Part shown: piece by piece, positions 14,197-27,500 of the stretch
How the letters are laid out: each line of letters starts with the position of its first letter
Numbering within the stretch: the first letter of the stretch is position 1
Program-made: the position numbers and the translations under genes
Source: Octopus sinensis
Taxonomy: Eukaryota
Assembly: GCF_006345805.1 (NCBI RefSeq)
Contig: NC_043002.1
Span: 65,038,001 to 65,102,000, forward strand
Direction: 5' to 3'
Length of the DNA stretch: 64,000 nucleotides
Notes under the pieces: generated by a model
What the model saw: only the letters and a program-made list of their open reading frames with translations
Databases searched by the model: none
Told to the model about the DNA's origin: nothing

Positions 14197-14425
14197 TGTA
14201 CATGTGTCTATACGTTTTTGTGTCTGTGCTTGTCCCCCCCAACATCGCTTTACAACCGATGCTGGTGTGTTTACATCCCCGTAACATAGTGGTTCCGTAA
14301 AATAGACTGATAGAATAAGTACTAGGCTTACAAATAATAAGTCCTGGGGTCGATTTAGTCAACTAAAGGCGGTGCTCCAGCATGGCCGCAGTCAAATGAA
14401 TGAAACAAGTAAAAGAGTAAAAGAG
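13965..14425 (+). mobile_element. Main-family tRNA-derived SINE, full length
   Basis: Head CAGGAGTGGCTCTGTGGTAAGTAGC...GGATTCAGTCCC, central (TA)n(TG)n, 3' part ending GAAACAAGTAAAAGAGTAAAAGAG. Confidence 0.9.
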
Positions 14426-17400
14426 TGTATATATATATTTATAAATATGTGTATATATACACATATATATATATATTACACTATATTGTATTATATATTT
14501 AATACGTACAGTTAACTTTTTGTGTGTGTTTGTGTGTTTGTGCTTGTGTGTGTGTTTGTGTACATGTGTGTGTTTGTGTGAGTTTATATTTCTGCCCTTA
14601 TCTCTCTTTTTGCTATATCACCGACTACCAGTTCGGTAATTGATTGTTTTCTTTTCCATATCTTAGCGGATCACGCAAAATAGATACATAAAATCAGTAG
14701 CAGGCATGAAATACACACCCTTCTGATTTGTTCCGCTAATCCTAATTTCCAACACTGCAGCATGACTGCTCTCCAATGAGTGAGACACATAATAGAGTGA
14801 GTGACTGAAAGAGGCACCCGATGTTCTAGCTTTACTCAAAAGTCACAGATGCACTTCTCACTACTCAGGCAACATGTCCTGTATTTTCAAAGGTTTTCGT
14901 TTGAAAATTTTCTGATAGGCGATATATTTGATTCTTTTACATCTGCTCTCAATATTTATTTCCAATATTTTTGTAGCATTGCGTATGAATAAAAAATAAA
15001 TCTTAATATAAATATATAACATCAAGTCTTTCCTTAAAATAGTAGAGGAGATTGTAAATGTATATAGATAAAAAGAAATTATAAAGAAAATAATATTTGT
15101 GAACGGGTATAATTTTGAGTACAGATCAAAACCGAACACTGATAATCTACGAGAAACCTTATTGAAAAAAATATGACATCAGCTGCAATTAGTTTCCTTC
15201 AATTTCTCAGCAAATTTTTCCTTAATTTCTCAGAAAATTGGTGTCACCATACATTCCTCTCATCCTTGATAACAGTAATTATTAAGTGTATGACTTTAGC
15301 AACTGTATGCTTTGACACAATACTTCACCTGTGTCATTTCTCTGGATCTTAGCTGTGTTAAGTGGTTAATCAATAAAGAGTGATATTTTGTACAATCCCT
15401 GCATTATTCTGGTGTCGTAATACTAATTGTTACAGTATCATCCTCTAAAAGTAGACACTGATACACCTCGTATATAACATACATATGGGGCAGGGTAATA
15501 TGTGGCTTGATAATCTTAAGGTGTGATCAATTTTGGAAAGACAAATATAAGGTTGAATTATTAACAATAGAGAAAGTTTAATGCCTTTACTCAATTGTCA
15601 CCTATATTATAACTGAACCCGTGCGCCCAGAACCAATGTTTTTATAACAATATCATGTTTTAAGTATTGAAACTGAGGGTTTTCTTTTTGAAAATATGAT
15701 AAGGTAGGAAGGGTTAGGCGTTACCTGCTAGTGTTCTGCATTACATGATTGGTATTTCATTTTATCTACCACAAGAAGGCCGAAAGGAACTTCTTCAATG
15801 CTCTCACGATTTTGCGCATTCACAGTCATATCTCAGGCAGTAATATATATGCTTAAAGGAACCAAGTTTGTAGGTGTCTAAATGTAAAAATAATAAATTT
15901 TTAATGTTTGTAATGAAATTAAAGACATTATGGAATTAAATGTATGGGAGATTATTGCCGAATCAAATAATGATTAAATGATATGTGCTAATTAACAGCT
16001 AATATACGAAATCGTACATCTGGAATCAACAACATCTGAGTAGTACATGATTGTTTATAATATTCTTTACTTAGAGTCATTGAGTGAAGATTATAAAAAA
16101 AAATGGTAAGGAAAATAATTAATGGAATTTTAGTAAAATACTAAGAGTATTAGAAAGTAAACTCAAGATAATTTACTGTTGGATTAATAATTGAAGAACC
16201 ACTAAAAAACGATAGCTAACGACTAATTAAAATGAATACATCAACATGTGAAGTATTAGTACGGGTGATTAAATAAAGTGGGTATGTAATATATTTAAAA
16301 GAAAATATACAAAAAATACACATAAATATTATATATATATATATATTAAAGTCAATTAACTGAAGTACGACGAAATGACGTAAGATGTAAAGAGAAAAGT
16401 GCATGATTAAATTGAAAGAAGTGAAAAAGAGATCAACACACGAGATAAATTTTCTACCTTTGAAAATCTATAGAGTCATCATTCCTTTCCTTGTTCTATT
16501 TTATTCTGTCTTCCTTGACACATTCTGTTTTATTTCATTTTATCTCGCAGTTTATCTCCTTTCTATTCCTTTTAATTTAATCAAGCACTTTTCTTTTTTC
16601 GTGGTACTTCACATCATCTCACTTTCGTTCACTATATATTCTACATTTAATTTTATATTAATATATTCCATCTTTTCTTTTGTACATTATAAATATCCAC
16701 TTATATATTTATTTAATCATGCAGCATATTAATTCACAACTCACTGTATTATTCATCTTACTTTATTATTAACTACTTTTGTAAATTTTTCACTTTTTCT
16801 TGTATTAATCCTACCACAAATTATTTTAAAATTGCCAACACATCCATTTATTAGCTCTGCGCCTAACATTTTCACCATCTTTTAATTCAGACATTTACAT
16901 CACATGACAAACTCTCTCTTTTAATCGTTACTCATACAAACGGATAACATAAACGTCATTATGTCTTCGGTATATTATTAATTTCTGAGGGGGAAGGAAA
17001 AAGTGCAAATGTGTATGCGATTGCTTCCATTCTCCAATTGTGTGTACGTCTTCTATGTACGCACAACGGCGTATTTGTGTGAATGCTAGTTCCATCCGAA
17101 TGTTCGCATGTATGTGCGTAAGTGTGGTCATGTTTCTCTGAGTGCGTGCGTGTGTGTATGTGTATTGACATGGAACCTGTTGCAGGCGCTGATCTTCACA
17201 ACAGAAATTAAATCGATCCACCATTAAGCTTATCGATATTCTTCCCTATTTATTCTTATTCAACACGTTTCCAAATTTCTCTTTCTTACTCTCCGACCAA
17301 ATTCATTCCGACCGCTCTTCCACTATTTTGTCGCTCCAAAATGTTTCTTCCCACGCATGTGAAATTATTGATTCTCTGTCATTGTCAGTCTTTTATGAAA

Positions 17401-17614
17401 TACAGATAAACAAAAAACACTTCAACCTCTACGAAAGTCATATGCACTTCAAACACTTGAAAAAGATGAATCCAAAAACCAAATTTTTGCCTCCCCAGAC
17501 CATCATTAGGCTATATGGAATCTGTTTCACCCTACATGTATCTATATATGTCCATACACAAGAGCAGAAACACACACACACTCTCACACACACACACACA
17601 CACATATATATATA

Positions 17615-17774
17615 CTTTATTAATAAGGCTGCAAAGACATCACAAAAAATGTTACTCAGAGTTTCACGTTCCCGTTTATAGGACAGTTTTGGTTGGGAAA
17701 AACTGTCTGTCGAACGGGAACGTGAAACTCTGAGTAACAGTGTTTGTGATGTCTTTGCAGCTTTATTAATAAAG
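17615..17774. repeat. Near-perfect palindrome, about 76-bp arms with 7-nt spacer
   Basis: 17615-17690 is the reverse complement of 17698-17774 with few mismatches. Confidence 0.95.
17702..17741 (+). ncRNA. Type I hammerhead ribozyme motif, CUGUCGA core variant
   Basis: ACTGT CTGTCGA ACG-GGAA-CGT GAAA CTC-T-GAG TA ACAGT: stems I, II and III all pair, GUA cleavage triplet; A6 replaced by U. Confidence 0.7.
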
Positions 17775-17850
17775 CATATTTCTCTACCTCCAATATTCGA
17801 GTGCTATTTTTCCACCTCGTTTCACATTTATGTGCTTATTCTGGTATATG

Positions 17851-17881
<31 letters not shown>

Positions 17882-17904
17882 CTATATATACACGTACAGC
17901 TGCA

Positions 17905-18470
17905 GTTATAGTCTCCATCGCTGCGATTCTGGATTCCAGGCAAGCGTTTTCTTTCTTATGTCCAAGAACAGGTCATTATCATATGGGGCCAAATGAAGAG
18001 AATATGGAAGTTGAGCAACTTGTTCAAAGCCAGTCACGCACAGTAAGCATTGAAACCAAAGACTTCTGTGTTGGAGCATTGTCCTGATGAAAGATGACAC
18101 CTTTTGCCATTTTTCTCCAGCGTTTGATCGTGATAGTATTTCGTAACTGCCTCAGCAATTTGGCATAGTATTCTCTGTTAATGGCATGGCCCTTTTCAAG
18201 ATAGTCAATAAACATAATGCTTTTGCATCACCCAAACTTTAGGCCATTACCATCCTAGCAGATGAAACAACCTGTGCCTTTGGAGAAGGTGAGGTGGCTG
18301 TTTCCAGTACATGGATTGTCTCTGGTTCAAAGTAATAAACCCAACTCTCATCCAGTGTTAGGAAACATTCACTGAAACCAACTGGATCTACGTCAAATAG
18401 TGTCAGATTTTCCTTTGATATTGTCAGCCTGATGCGCTTTTCATCAAGTGTCAGACAACGTAGCACACAC
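17905..18470 (-). pseudogene. Mariner (DD34D) transposase fragment
   Basis: TLDESWVYYFEPET...; FIDYLEKGHAINREYYAKLLRQLR...KGVIFHQDNAPTQKS; frameshifted. Confidence 0.85.
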
Positions 18471-19359
18471 TGAGCAAGTGCATATATGTGTGCGTAAGTG
18501 TGCATGTATATGAAAGGCTCTCTGATATATGTGTGTTATAGTGGGATGTATGTTGGTCGACCTAGAGGTGTGAGGTGGCGCAAGAATTATCTAAGGAGGC
18601 GGTCGTTGGGATGTGTGTGCGTGACTGTAAACAGCTACTCTACGTCTGGGAAAAGAAGTGGAATGTGAGTGCTGGTGTATGTGAAGTAGGAAGGAGTGTG
18701 TGTGTGTGTAGGTGTATGTATATGCTATAGGGAAATGAGTGTGTGTACGGTGTGGGTAATGAGTATAACAAAGAAGAGAATGTGTGAAGCTAGTGGTGAA
18801 GGGGCAGTGAAACATGGGCGTTTTCTTGTGTATGTAAATGTGTGTGGATGTGGACTAGATGAAGAGGGGTAAAAAATTGAAACCTTGCGGGATTGAGAAA
18901 TGAAAACAGAAAATAAATTCCTCCTCTTGACAAGGGCGGGAATTTGGGTGGACTCTGTGCAACGCCAGTCCGAACACAGACGCACGTTAAAACGAAGGAC
19001 CGGTCGAGCGGTATTGGTGCGTGACCGGGATATCATTTCGGAGTTTGATGTCCCGGAGATGTCCGGCAAACCGTTCGACCAAGTGTGGGCCTGTTTAACC
19101 AATATACAAGGAATGGCAGAGGAAGCAGAGAATGCGGTAGGTTAAATTGCTGGAAGTGCAAGTGAATGATGGAATTTTTGTGAGGTGGTGGGCATTATGT
19201 TAGGGGAATGTAGAAAGAAAAAAATATACGCAATACTTTCACTAACTTATTTAGATCAGTGATTTCCAACGTTTTTACAGTGGTTCCTTGCATTGGCTCC
19301 CGACCCTTTAATTTAAATGACTTTTCCCATCGCCCACTTTTTATATGCTTATCCTTATG

Positions 19360-19405
<46 letters not shown>

Positions 19406-19539
19406 GTTGGATCTTACTCATAAGGTATTGGAATCTTACATCATGAATAAACGGTATACTTGGAATGAATAATTTTAAATTCTGTTGGATTTTTCTCATA
19501 AGGTATTGGAATTTTACATATATACCGTTCTGCCTAAAA

Positions 19540-19765
19540 GATTGGATCAATAAATTCAATATCTCTACATATCTCACATCTATTTTCTTTCCTCCACCTC
19601 ACTCTCTGTTTTGTATCCTATCTAAATTAATTATTACTTAACCATCCCCTCACAGTGTCTCCGATGAAGGGATATAATTAATAAATATCCTGGAAACAAC
19701 TGTAAGACCTTCTATCTATAAATGTTATAATATCTACACAGACTTGGTTTTTTATCTCATTACGC
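19540..19765 (+). mobile_element. Penelope-type terminal repeat with hammerhead-like motif at 19657-19708
   Basis: GTCT CCGATGA A GGGATAT..ATATCCT G GAAA CAACTG TA AGAC; homologous to the reverse-strand copy at 39940-40120. Confidence 0.6.
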
Positions 19766-19772
19766 AAAAAAT

Positions 19773-19803
<31 letters not shown>

Positions 19804-20389
19804 AATGATATTTGGAATCTAGTTTACGAACCCCAACCTCGCGTTTGGAGCTATTAATTTAGATTTCACGCTATAAGACGAAGTTGTGATTATGGCTAAT
19901 AATAATAAGGTACTGACACGTAAGGTGATTCTAACCTGGGAAATAAAAAAAAAAAACAGGCAAGGATTATGGAATCAAGAAACTAGCTATGCTGAAGATG
20001 TGATAGGGCTATATGAATGCTAAATGCAATTAAAAATAAACAGTTAATGTGTCAAGTAAATGAGGTGCGGATTGCTTGCGGTAGATCTGTTCAGTTCAGT
20101 AGGAATGTATATTGATGGAAACGGCTTCTGAATTTCATGTACTCTGTCAATGGAAGATGCATAATATCCGGCGTTTTTAGTCGTATGATTTTCAGGATAT
20201 TTTATAGAACCTACTATGCGCTAGGATATTCTATTTGATGTAGAAATCAAACGGAATCATTTTTATAATAGTTAGTGACTTATGTATTCTAACAATGATT
20301 ACTTCTGTTGAACATACATGACCGAAACGTCCGGGTGATGTACTGTTTCAATGCGACCTCCCTCGTTCTGTGTATTGTTTACCCAGGCA

Positions 20390-20818
20390 CAGGAGTGGAT
20401 GTGTGGTAAGTAGCTTGCTTAAGAACTACAAGTTTCCAGGTTCAGTCCCACTGCGTGACGCTTTGGGCATGTGTCTTCAACTATAGCCTCGGGCCAGTGG
20501 ATTTGGTTGACGGGAACTGAAAGAAGTCCATCGTATATATGTATATATATATATGTGTGTGTGTGTGTGTGCGTGTGTGTGTGTGTGTGTGTGTTTGCTT
20601 GTGTGTCTGTGTTTGTCCCCCCTCCAACATCGCTTGACAACCGATGCTGGTGTGCTTACGTCCCCGTAACTTAGCGGTTCGGCAAAAGAGACCGATAGAA
20701 TAAGTACTAAGCTTACAAAGAATAAGTCCTGTGGTCCATTTTCTCAACTAAAGGAGGTGCTCTAGTATGACCACAGTCAAATGACTGAAACAAGTAAAAG
20801 AGTAAAAGAGAAAAGAGT
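20390..20818 (+). mobile_element. Main-family SINE, full length
   Basis: Head, (TA)n(TG)n centre and (AGTAAAAG)n tail. Confidence 0.9.
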
Positions 20819-21559
20819 AATATGAGTTAAGTAGCTTTGCACTAAACGAAATTATACTGGTACAGTTATAGTTCCCATGCTTAAAGTCCCTATAATATGC
20901 GTTTCGGTAGCCTTCGTCAATTTGGAAATGCTTATGTACGTATTGTTGTGCATTTATGTAATATATTGTATGCAAATATATTATCCATGCATTAAATGTG
21001 TGTGTTTGTCTGCAGGTCATATAGATATCCAGATAGAAAATAAAAACTGCTTCAGTCTAAACATCAATTAACTTGTTTTTGTTTTCGTGAAAAAAATAGC
21101 TTATTAATATTAACCATTGGTGATGACGTGATTAATAAATGTAACGTGAGTCCCTGTGGACCGACGAAGCTGTAATCTAATGTCGGTATCGCTAATCGTT
21201 GAACCACACAGATGGAGATTTTGCAAGATTGCTTTGAAAAACGCTAGTGATAAAGATCTATTTCTAGAATCCGAAAGTAGAAGAATGGGAAGGGAAAGAA
21301 GAGAAAGAGGGGGAGTGAAAGGGAGTGAGAGACAGATACAGAGAGGGAGGCAGAGAGGGAGAGAGCAAAAAATGTGCGAGTAAGGAAGAGAAATAGCAGA
21401 AATCTATGGCAGAATTACAGAAAGAAAGGGGGAAATGTCTAAGAAAGAGAAAGATGACAAATATTTGAATGGGCGAGAGAGTGAGAATGTTAAAAAAACG
21501 GGAATGTAAAACAGATGGGAAAAGGAATGTTGAGAGGAATAAAGATAGAAAGAAAGCAA

Positions 21560-21818
21560 TAAAGGTAGATAGATAGATAGACAAAAAGACAGACAGAGAG
21601 GCAAGCAGACAGAAGGACAGACAGATAGGCAGAGATAGAAAGAAAGAGAGAGAGAGAAAGAGAGAAACAGACAGACAGACAGACGGACGGACGGACGGAC
21701 GGACAGACAGATAAGCATCCCGAGAGACAGAGGAAGATAACTGATAGAGAGAGAGAGAGAGAGAGAGAGACAGGCAAGTAGGTAGAAAGGTAGGGTTGTA
21801 GGTATGTAGGAAGGTAGA

Positions 21819-21895
<77 letters not shown>

Positions 21896-21918
21896 CAGAT
21901 AGATAGATAGATAAATAA

Positions 21919-21989
<71 letters not shown>

Positions 21990-21990
21990 T
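21560..21990. repeat. Compound (GATA)n/(GACA)n/(GA)n microsatellite
   Basis: Direct inspection; no LINE inserted in this tract. Confidence 0.95.
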
Positions 21991-23297
21991 ATGAGACGCG
22001 GACATGGAATAAATTTGTGGCAACTGGGGAAATCTGAAGACGGAATTTTTTAAATTTCATTTTGTTGACGAATTTCTGGTACATTTCTGAAGTTGATGGT
22101 AAAACAGTAACATTTCTTCAATTTGTATCTCTTAAAAGGTCTTCTATATCTACTGCCAGACTAGAAGTGGTAGCATAATAGAATGATGAAATATCATGTA
22201 TTGAATTTTACTTTGAATAAAACCAGTTCTGTTTGACATCTGATATTACAGCACCAGCTATTCTTCATCTTCTGTGAGCTAAGTTTCGAATTTTTTTCTT
22301 TGAATCTGCTAGCTTCTAATGTCTTAATGTTGTACGGGCAACTTTATCGAACATGTTCCTATGAGATAACTGAAAGAATATCCATTTATTAACGTTGTTC
22401 AAAGGTTTCTTCAGATTTACGGAGGAGGCATGGCACTACGTTAATACAAGAAAAATCTTTAATGGATTTTCTGAAAGGTTTTTATAACTAGCTGTTAAAA
22501 TGCAGTGAAATGTGAGTCATTAGCTGTTATACTTATTTTGAAGACGAGTGCTCTTAACGTGTGGATAGCGCCCTTCAATAATTCACTTGAATGTGGTTAT
22601 TATTACTGTTAATATTAAGGTAAAGAAGACTGTGTAAGTAAATTTTTTATGAAGTACATCTAGGACGTGTGAACCTAATGTTGAATTGATTCTGTACTGC
22701 CAAATGACGCCTGATGTAACCTCATGAGTCAGATCTTTGTTCAGACTTCTGTTCTATAAAAAATTTAGACCATCCCATCATGAATTATAATTCAGCATTT
22801 TCGTACTGGAGTTCTAATTAAAATCTACAATAAATGAGAGAAGAGACTTAGATATAGAGGGATAAACCAGCAATGCTAAGTTCAGTAACTACATGGATAT
22901 GCTAAATAATCCTGAATAATAAATAGCATTATCATAATATCATAGACGTCGTTTTGCGGTTTTCTTGCTTTCATAGGTTATACAGATTCGGGTCTTCCCA
23001 CAAACGAATCGTACCTCCGATTTTTCTGGATTGATTGACCTTCATGGAGATTCGTGGAATATCTATAGGATACAAACAACTGACGTTTACTGAAAAATCA
23101 CAAGATTTTAGGGGTTGTTTTTACACGTTTCCTGCGTTTTTCTTCGTTATATCATTATATATTTCGGTAGCAGTATGCAGATAGATTTCTGTAATGCTGT
23201 TAGGAAGTAAATATCTGATCAGTTTCTCGTACATTTTATGGTAGTTTAATTCTTCAAATTAATGCGTTATTGAATTATTTTATATATTTTATAACAT

Positions 23298-23502
23298 AAG
23301 GCGGCAAATTAGCAGAATCGTTAGCACGGGCAAGATTCTTACCATCACTTCGTCTTTCTTTACGCCATGAGTTCAAATTCCGCCGAGGTAGACTTTCATC
23401 CTTTCAGTGTCGATAAAATAATTACCAGCTGAGCACTGGGGTTGATTTAAGCGAATTAGCCACCCAGCAAACATTACTGACCTTGTGACAAAATTTGAAA
23501 TC
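23298..23502 (+). mobile_element. Second SINE family with Nin/Deu-like central motif
   Basis: GGCGGCAAATTAGCAGAATCGTTAGC...GAGTTCAAATTCCGCCG...TTTCATCCTTTCAGTGTCGATAAAATAATTACCAG; related copies at 27311-27500 (+), 48530-48660 and 48680-48900 (-), 55245-55456 (-). Confidence 0.7.
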
Positions 23503-23772
23503 TATATATATATATACACTTTGGTATAGTAACAAAGCTAGGATGAAACCTTCGAAATAGAGGTTCAATCTGTATAACGAATTTCCCACTTATGGCTTGA
23601 GTTGACCCGGTTATATTGAAAAAGACATTTTGTCAGAAATGCTGTTACGTGGAAAAGAAATAGGTACCTCGTCATACCAATGTGGCATAATTCACCGTCG
23701 AGCCATATTGTATATACGTGCGCACGCACAGACAAACATGCACACTCACACACACGTATGTAGATTGATAGG

Positions 23773-23834
<62 letters not shown>

Positions 23835-23835
<1 letters not shown>

Positions 23836-24975
23836 GTTTCTTTATTGGCCACACAGGGCTGCACACAGATGGGTCAAGTTACAAGGTAGAGCTTTTCTTT
23901 TGGGGGATGAAGAGAACAAAAAACAAAAGAAAAAAAAAGGGGGGTGGCGTAGGTTTTCGATCAAGAGGGATCGTAAAAGGGAAGAAAAGAACAAAAAAAA
24001 TTTGAATAAAATAAAAGGAATAAAAAGAAAAAAAGAAAAGGAAAAGGAACAAAAGGAAAGAGAAATGAAAAAAGAAGAAAAAGGGGAAGAAAGGGGGAAG
24101 AGGAAAAAAAACGATCAATAGGGATCGTGTATCACAGTGTTATGATATATGGTGTTAAGGGGAAAGCAAGTAAGATTTATCCGTGGGAAGAAAAGCCTAC
24201 GAAAAAGACCACGGTAACCTTGGTCAATATTGTTATATGTTACCACATTTGTTTGCAAGTGGGTAACCCTCTGTTTTCAATTTCTGGGTTCATAGGATTA
24301 TGCTCAAGGTGGCTTCGTCATTCATACGTGCCATCCTTGCTACATTCACCCATCTTTTTTTAAAACATTCGCTAGACAAAACTTGCCTCTCTACTCTCAC
24401 TTTCCTTTTCAAGTGGTACTTGAAGAAGTTGATGAGAGATTGACCAGAGAGGAAAGTGTTTGTCTCCAATCCTTTCAGACGCGTCCACCAGATACATTCT
24501 TTCGCCATAGCCACAAGGATGATGAAAATAGCTCTTCCTTCAAGTTTGAAGGAAGGAGGCGTGACAATATTGACGATAGACTCAGCTGATAAACCGACTC
24601 GTCCCACACGTGACAGCAGTTGTTCGACATAAGCCCACAGGTCGGAAATTGTTGGACACTGAACGAGTGCGTGCAGAACGGTTTCGTCGCTCTGACCGCA
24701 TCTCGGGCAGGTCGAGCCGTGTCTGTAGAGCTTATCCCGAACGGGTAGCGCTTCTCGGTAGCACTGCCAGGCCAGGGATCTCTGGAAGTTGTCCATGGGC
24801 CCTGGCCCGAAAGTCGTCCTGAACAGGCGGGTCAGGTACTCCTCGTCGACGTCCAGGTTCGCCCCGAGCTCGTCGTCGTACCTCCCCTCCACTAATCCCC
24901 TATAGAATGCTTAGGTTGTGTTGAAGTCACTCAAGGTCGACCCGGGACGGCAGAGTTGCTTGAGAGCAACGTGAC

Positions 24976-24976
<1 letters not shown>
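23835..24976 (-). mobile_element. Tx1-like LINE, GATA-associated family, copy 2 (5'-truncated)
   Basis: ORF 24290-24892 encodes the ORF2 C-terminus with CPRC...H...C; 3' end AATAAAGAAACT joins (TATC)n; 5' end joins (TATC)n directly at 24976/24977. Confidence 0.9.
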
Positions 24977-25060
<84 letters not shown>

Positions 25061-25098
25061 GAGAAAGACAGATAGATAGATATTAGATAGATAGATAT

Positions 25099-25170
<72 letters not shown>

Positions 25171-25310
25171 GTAGGTAGGTAGGTAAACGGATTGACCGAT
25201 TCATAAATGGCTACGAAAAATCGCTATGAAAGTTAAAATTTTATATTAACTCATTAGAAAACTTATGGTTCCCATCATCGAACTAAATAATCTCTCTTTA
25301 AATATAAATT

Positions 25311-25385
25311 GTCGTCGACTTACGACCTATCCGACTTACAACCGATCGACTTTACGAACGATCGACATGGCGACGATTGGCACGC
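25311..25385 (+). mobile_element. Possible pogo/Tigger-like terminal fragment
   Basis: TCGACTTACGACC...CCGACTTACAACC...GACTTTACGAAC subterminal repeats typical of pogo-type ends; no partner end seen. Confidence 0.35.
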
Positions 25386-27167
25386 CAGCTCCCGGCAGCA
25401 ATAATATATAGTCCAGTTGAAATCTAATGGGTTTACTTTCTTAGAAATTAACCCGTCCACGGATAATATCAGCTAAAAACGCTTCCGCTAGTTTATCAAA
25501 TTTGCGTTTATATATATATGTTGTTTCTTCGTTGAGGGGTAAAGGAATATTTCTAGATGCTGGATATTTCTTGGATATTTCTAGATGCTGGGTAGAAAAA
25601 ATTATTACTCCTTACTTTAGGCTGGTTTCTTCTAATGTTTCTATTTGATAAGTAGTTCATGTTATTAGATATAGAATAGTTTACTTCTAGGGCTTTGGGT
25701 TGCTTTCTGTGTTTGTGTTCTTTTGGATTTTGATTGTTTGATCTAGGTGGATGTGTATTTATTTGAGTAGATGCATTTTTCTGGGTTTTTTTAGGAAGGG
25801 GTTATCTGAAATGTAGTCTCTTTTAAATTGAGCTTCATATTTAAGGAAGAAGTTAACACTGTTTTCCCATCGTTGCAGAGAATTTATTTCTTCCGTCTCA
25901 CAGATGTCTTTCCTTTTGAAACTTGTCTCTGTCTGTACACATATATATTCCCCTCCCTTAAACACAACAATAACAATAATAACGACAACACATTACCTCC
26001 CTTTATCTACTTGTGAAGTCATTCACTCGTGAATTTCATCACACACATGGACAAAATTTCTTCTTAAAAAAATATATATAGACAAATAAGTAAAACATAT
26101 CATGAATAGCGATAGCGAAACCGGTCGATATATTAAAGATTATATTAAAACTATGTAAGTGTGCGTGTTTTCCTTTATTAATTTCTTATATATATATATA
26201 TATATTTATTTATATAGGTGCAATGCTTTTTTTTTTCCATTAATTCAATTACACATGTTTAAAATCTTTTTCTGCGGAGAATGTTCCTCATAGACGACAA
26301 TTTACACAACTTTATTTCCTTTTTTTTTATTTTGATGATCTATTGAATTAGACTTATACGTATTTAGTTTCCTACGTTTCTAGTATTTCGCTAAATGCCT
26401 CATGGAGAATAATAATAAAAGAAAAAAGAATTTGTGAATTCGTTTTGTCGGCGATGTTGTATTTTCCGTTTTTGGTTCGTTTTATTTCTCTTTTTAATGT
26501 TTTAATTATTATTCTCACATTAGCTATACGAAGCAGTAGCACCGCATGACGCAAAACAATTGACACAAGTCATGTAGGCTCAATAACATGTGACATTTCC
26601 TTCTGACGCCTATTATGCCATTCTTCTTAGCGATCGATGAAGAATGAATCCAGTGCCATGCTATCATTTAATACGACGCCAGCAGAATAATATCCAAAAT
26701 AGCGTAAAGTCAGAATCCATTATCAAATGGTGTGAATGTCGATAGTACGTTATTATCAATTTTATTATCAGCATTATTATCAATTATCTTTTTAAACTTT
26801 CAGTATGATACAGATACATGTTAACGACTGCGTTCATATAATATTTATTTTCTCATCACACATTAATTTTGTACCCTAACATATACGTATCTGAATAATT
26901 ATGCATGCATGTGTGTGTGGTTCTGTACGTGTGTGTGGTTCTGTATGTGTATGTGCTTTTGTGTGTGTGTGTGTCACATATTTAAACAGACACTCACACT
27001 CACACACACATAAATGTGAGAGGGAAATACGAATATACGTATGCATACGCATGTATCTCCGTGGATGTTATTCAGTAAATCTGCATAGATATTCACATAA
27101 ACATGTTCGTCGTTATTATGTGTGCGTATGTACATATCTGTTAGCAGATCGATATATATACATATAC

Positions 27168-27234
<67 letters not shown>

Positions 27235-27310
27235 ATATATATATATATACATATATTATTTTACTGATAGTTTAATTATCTATAACAAAGAAGATATATT
27301 CTTCAATCAT

Positions 27311-27500
27311 GGGGCGGCAAGCTGATAGAATCTTTACCAAGCTGGGGGGAATGTTTACTAGTATTTCGTTATTACATTCTGAGCTTGAATTCCGCCGTGG
27401 TTGACTACACCTTTCATTATTCCAGAGTCGATAAAATAATTACTGGTTGAGCACTGAAGTTGATTTAATTGATTATATCACTCATTCAAAATTTGGAATC
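27311..27500 (+). mobile_element. Second SINE family copy
   Basis: GGGGCGGCAAGCTGATAGAATC...GAATTCCGCCGTGG...TTTCATTATTCCAGAGTCGATAAAATAATTACTGG. Confidence 0.7.
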
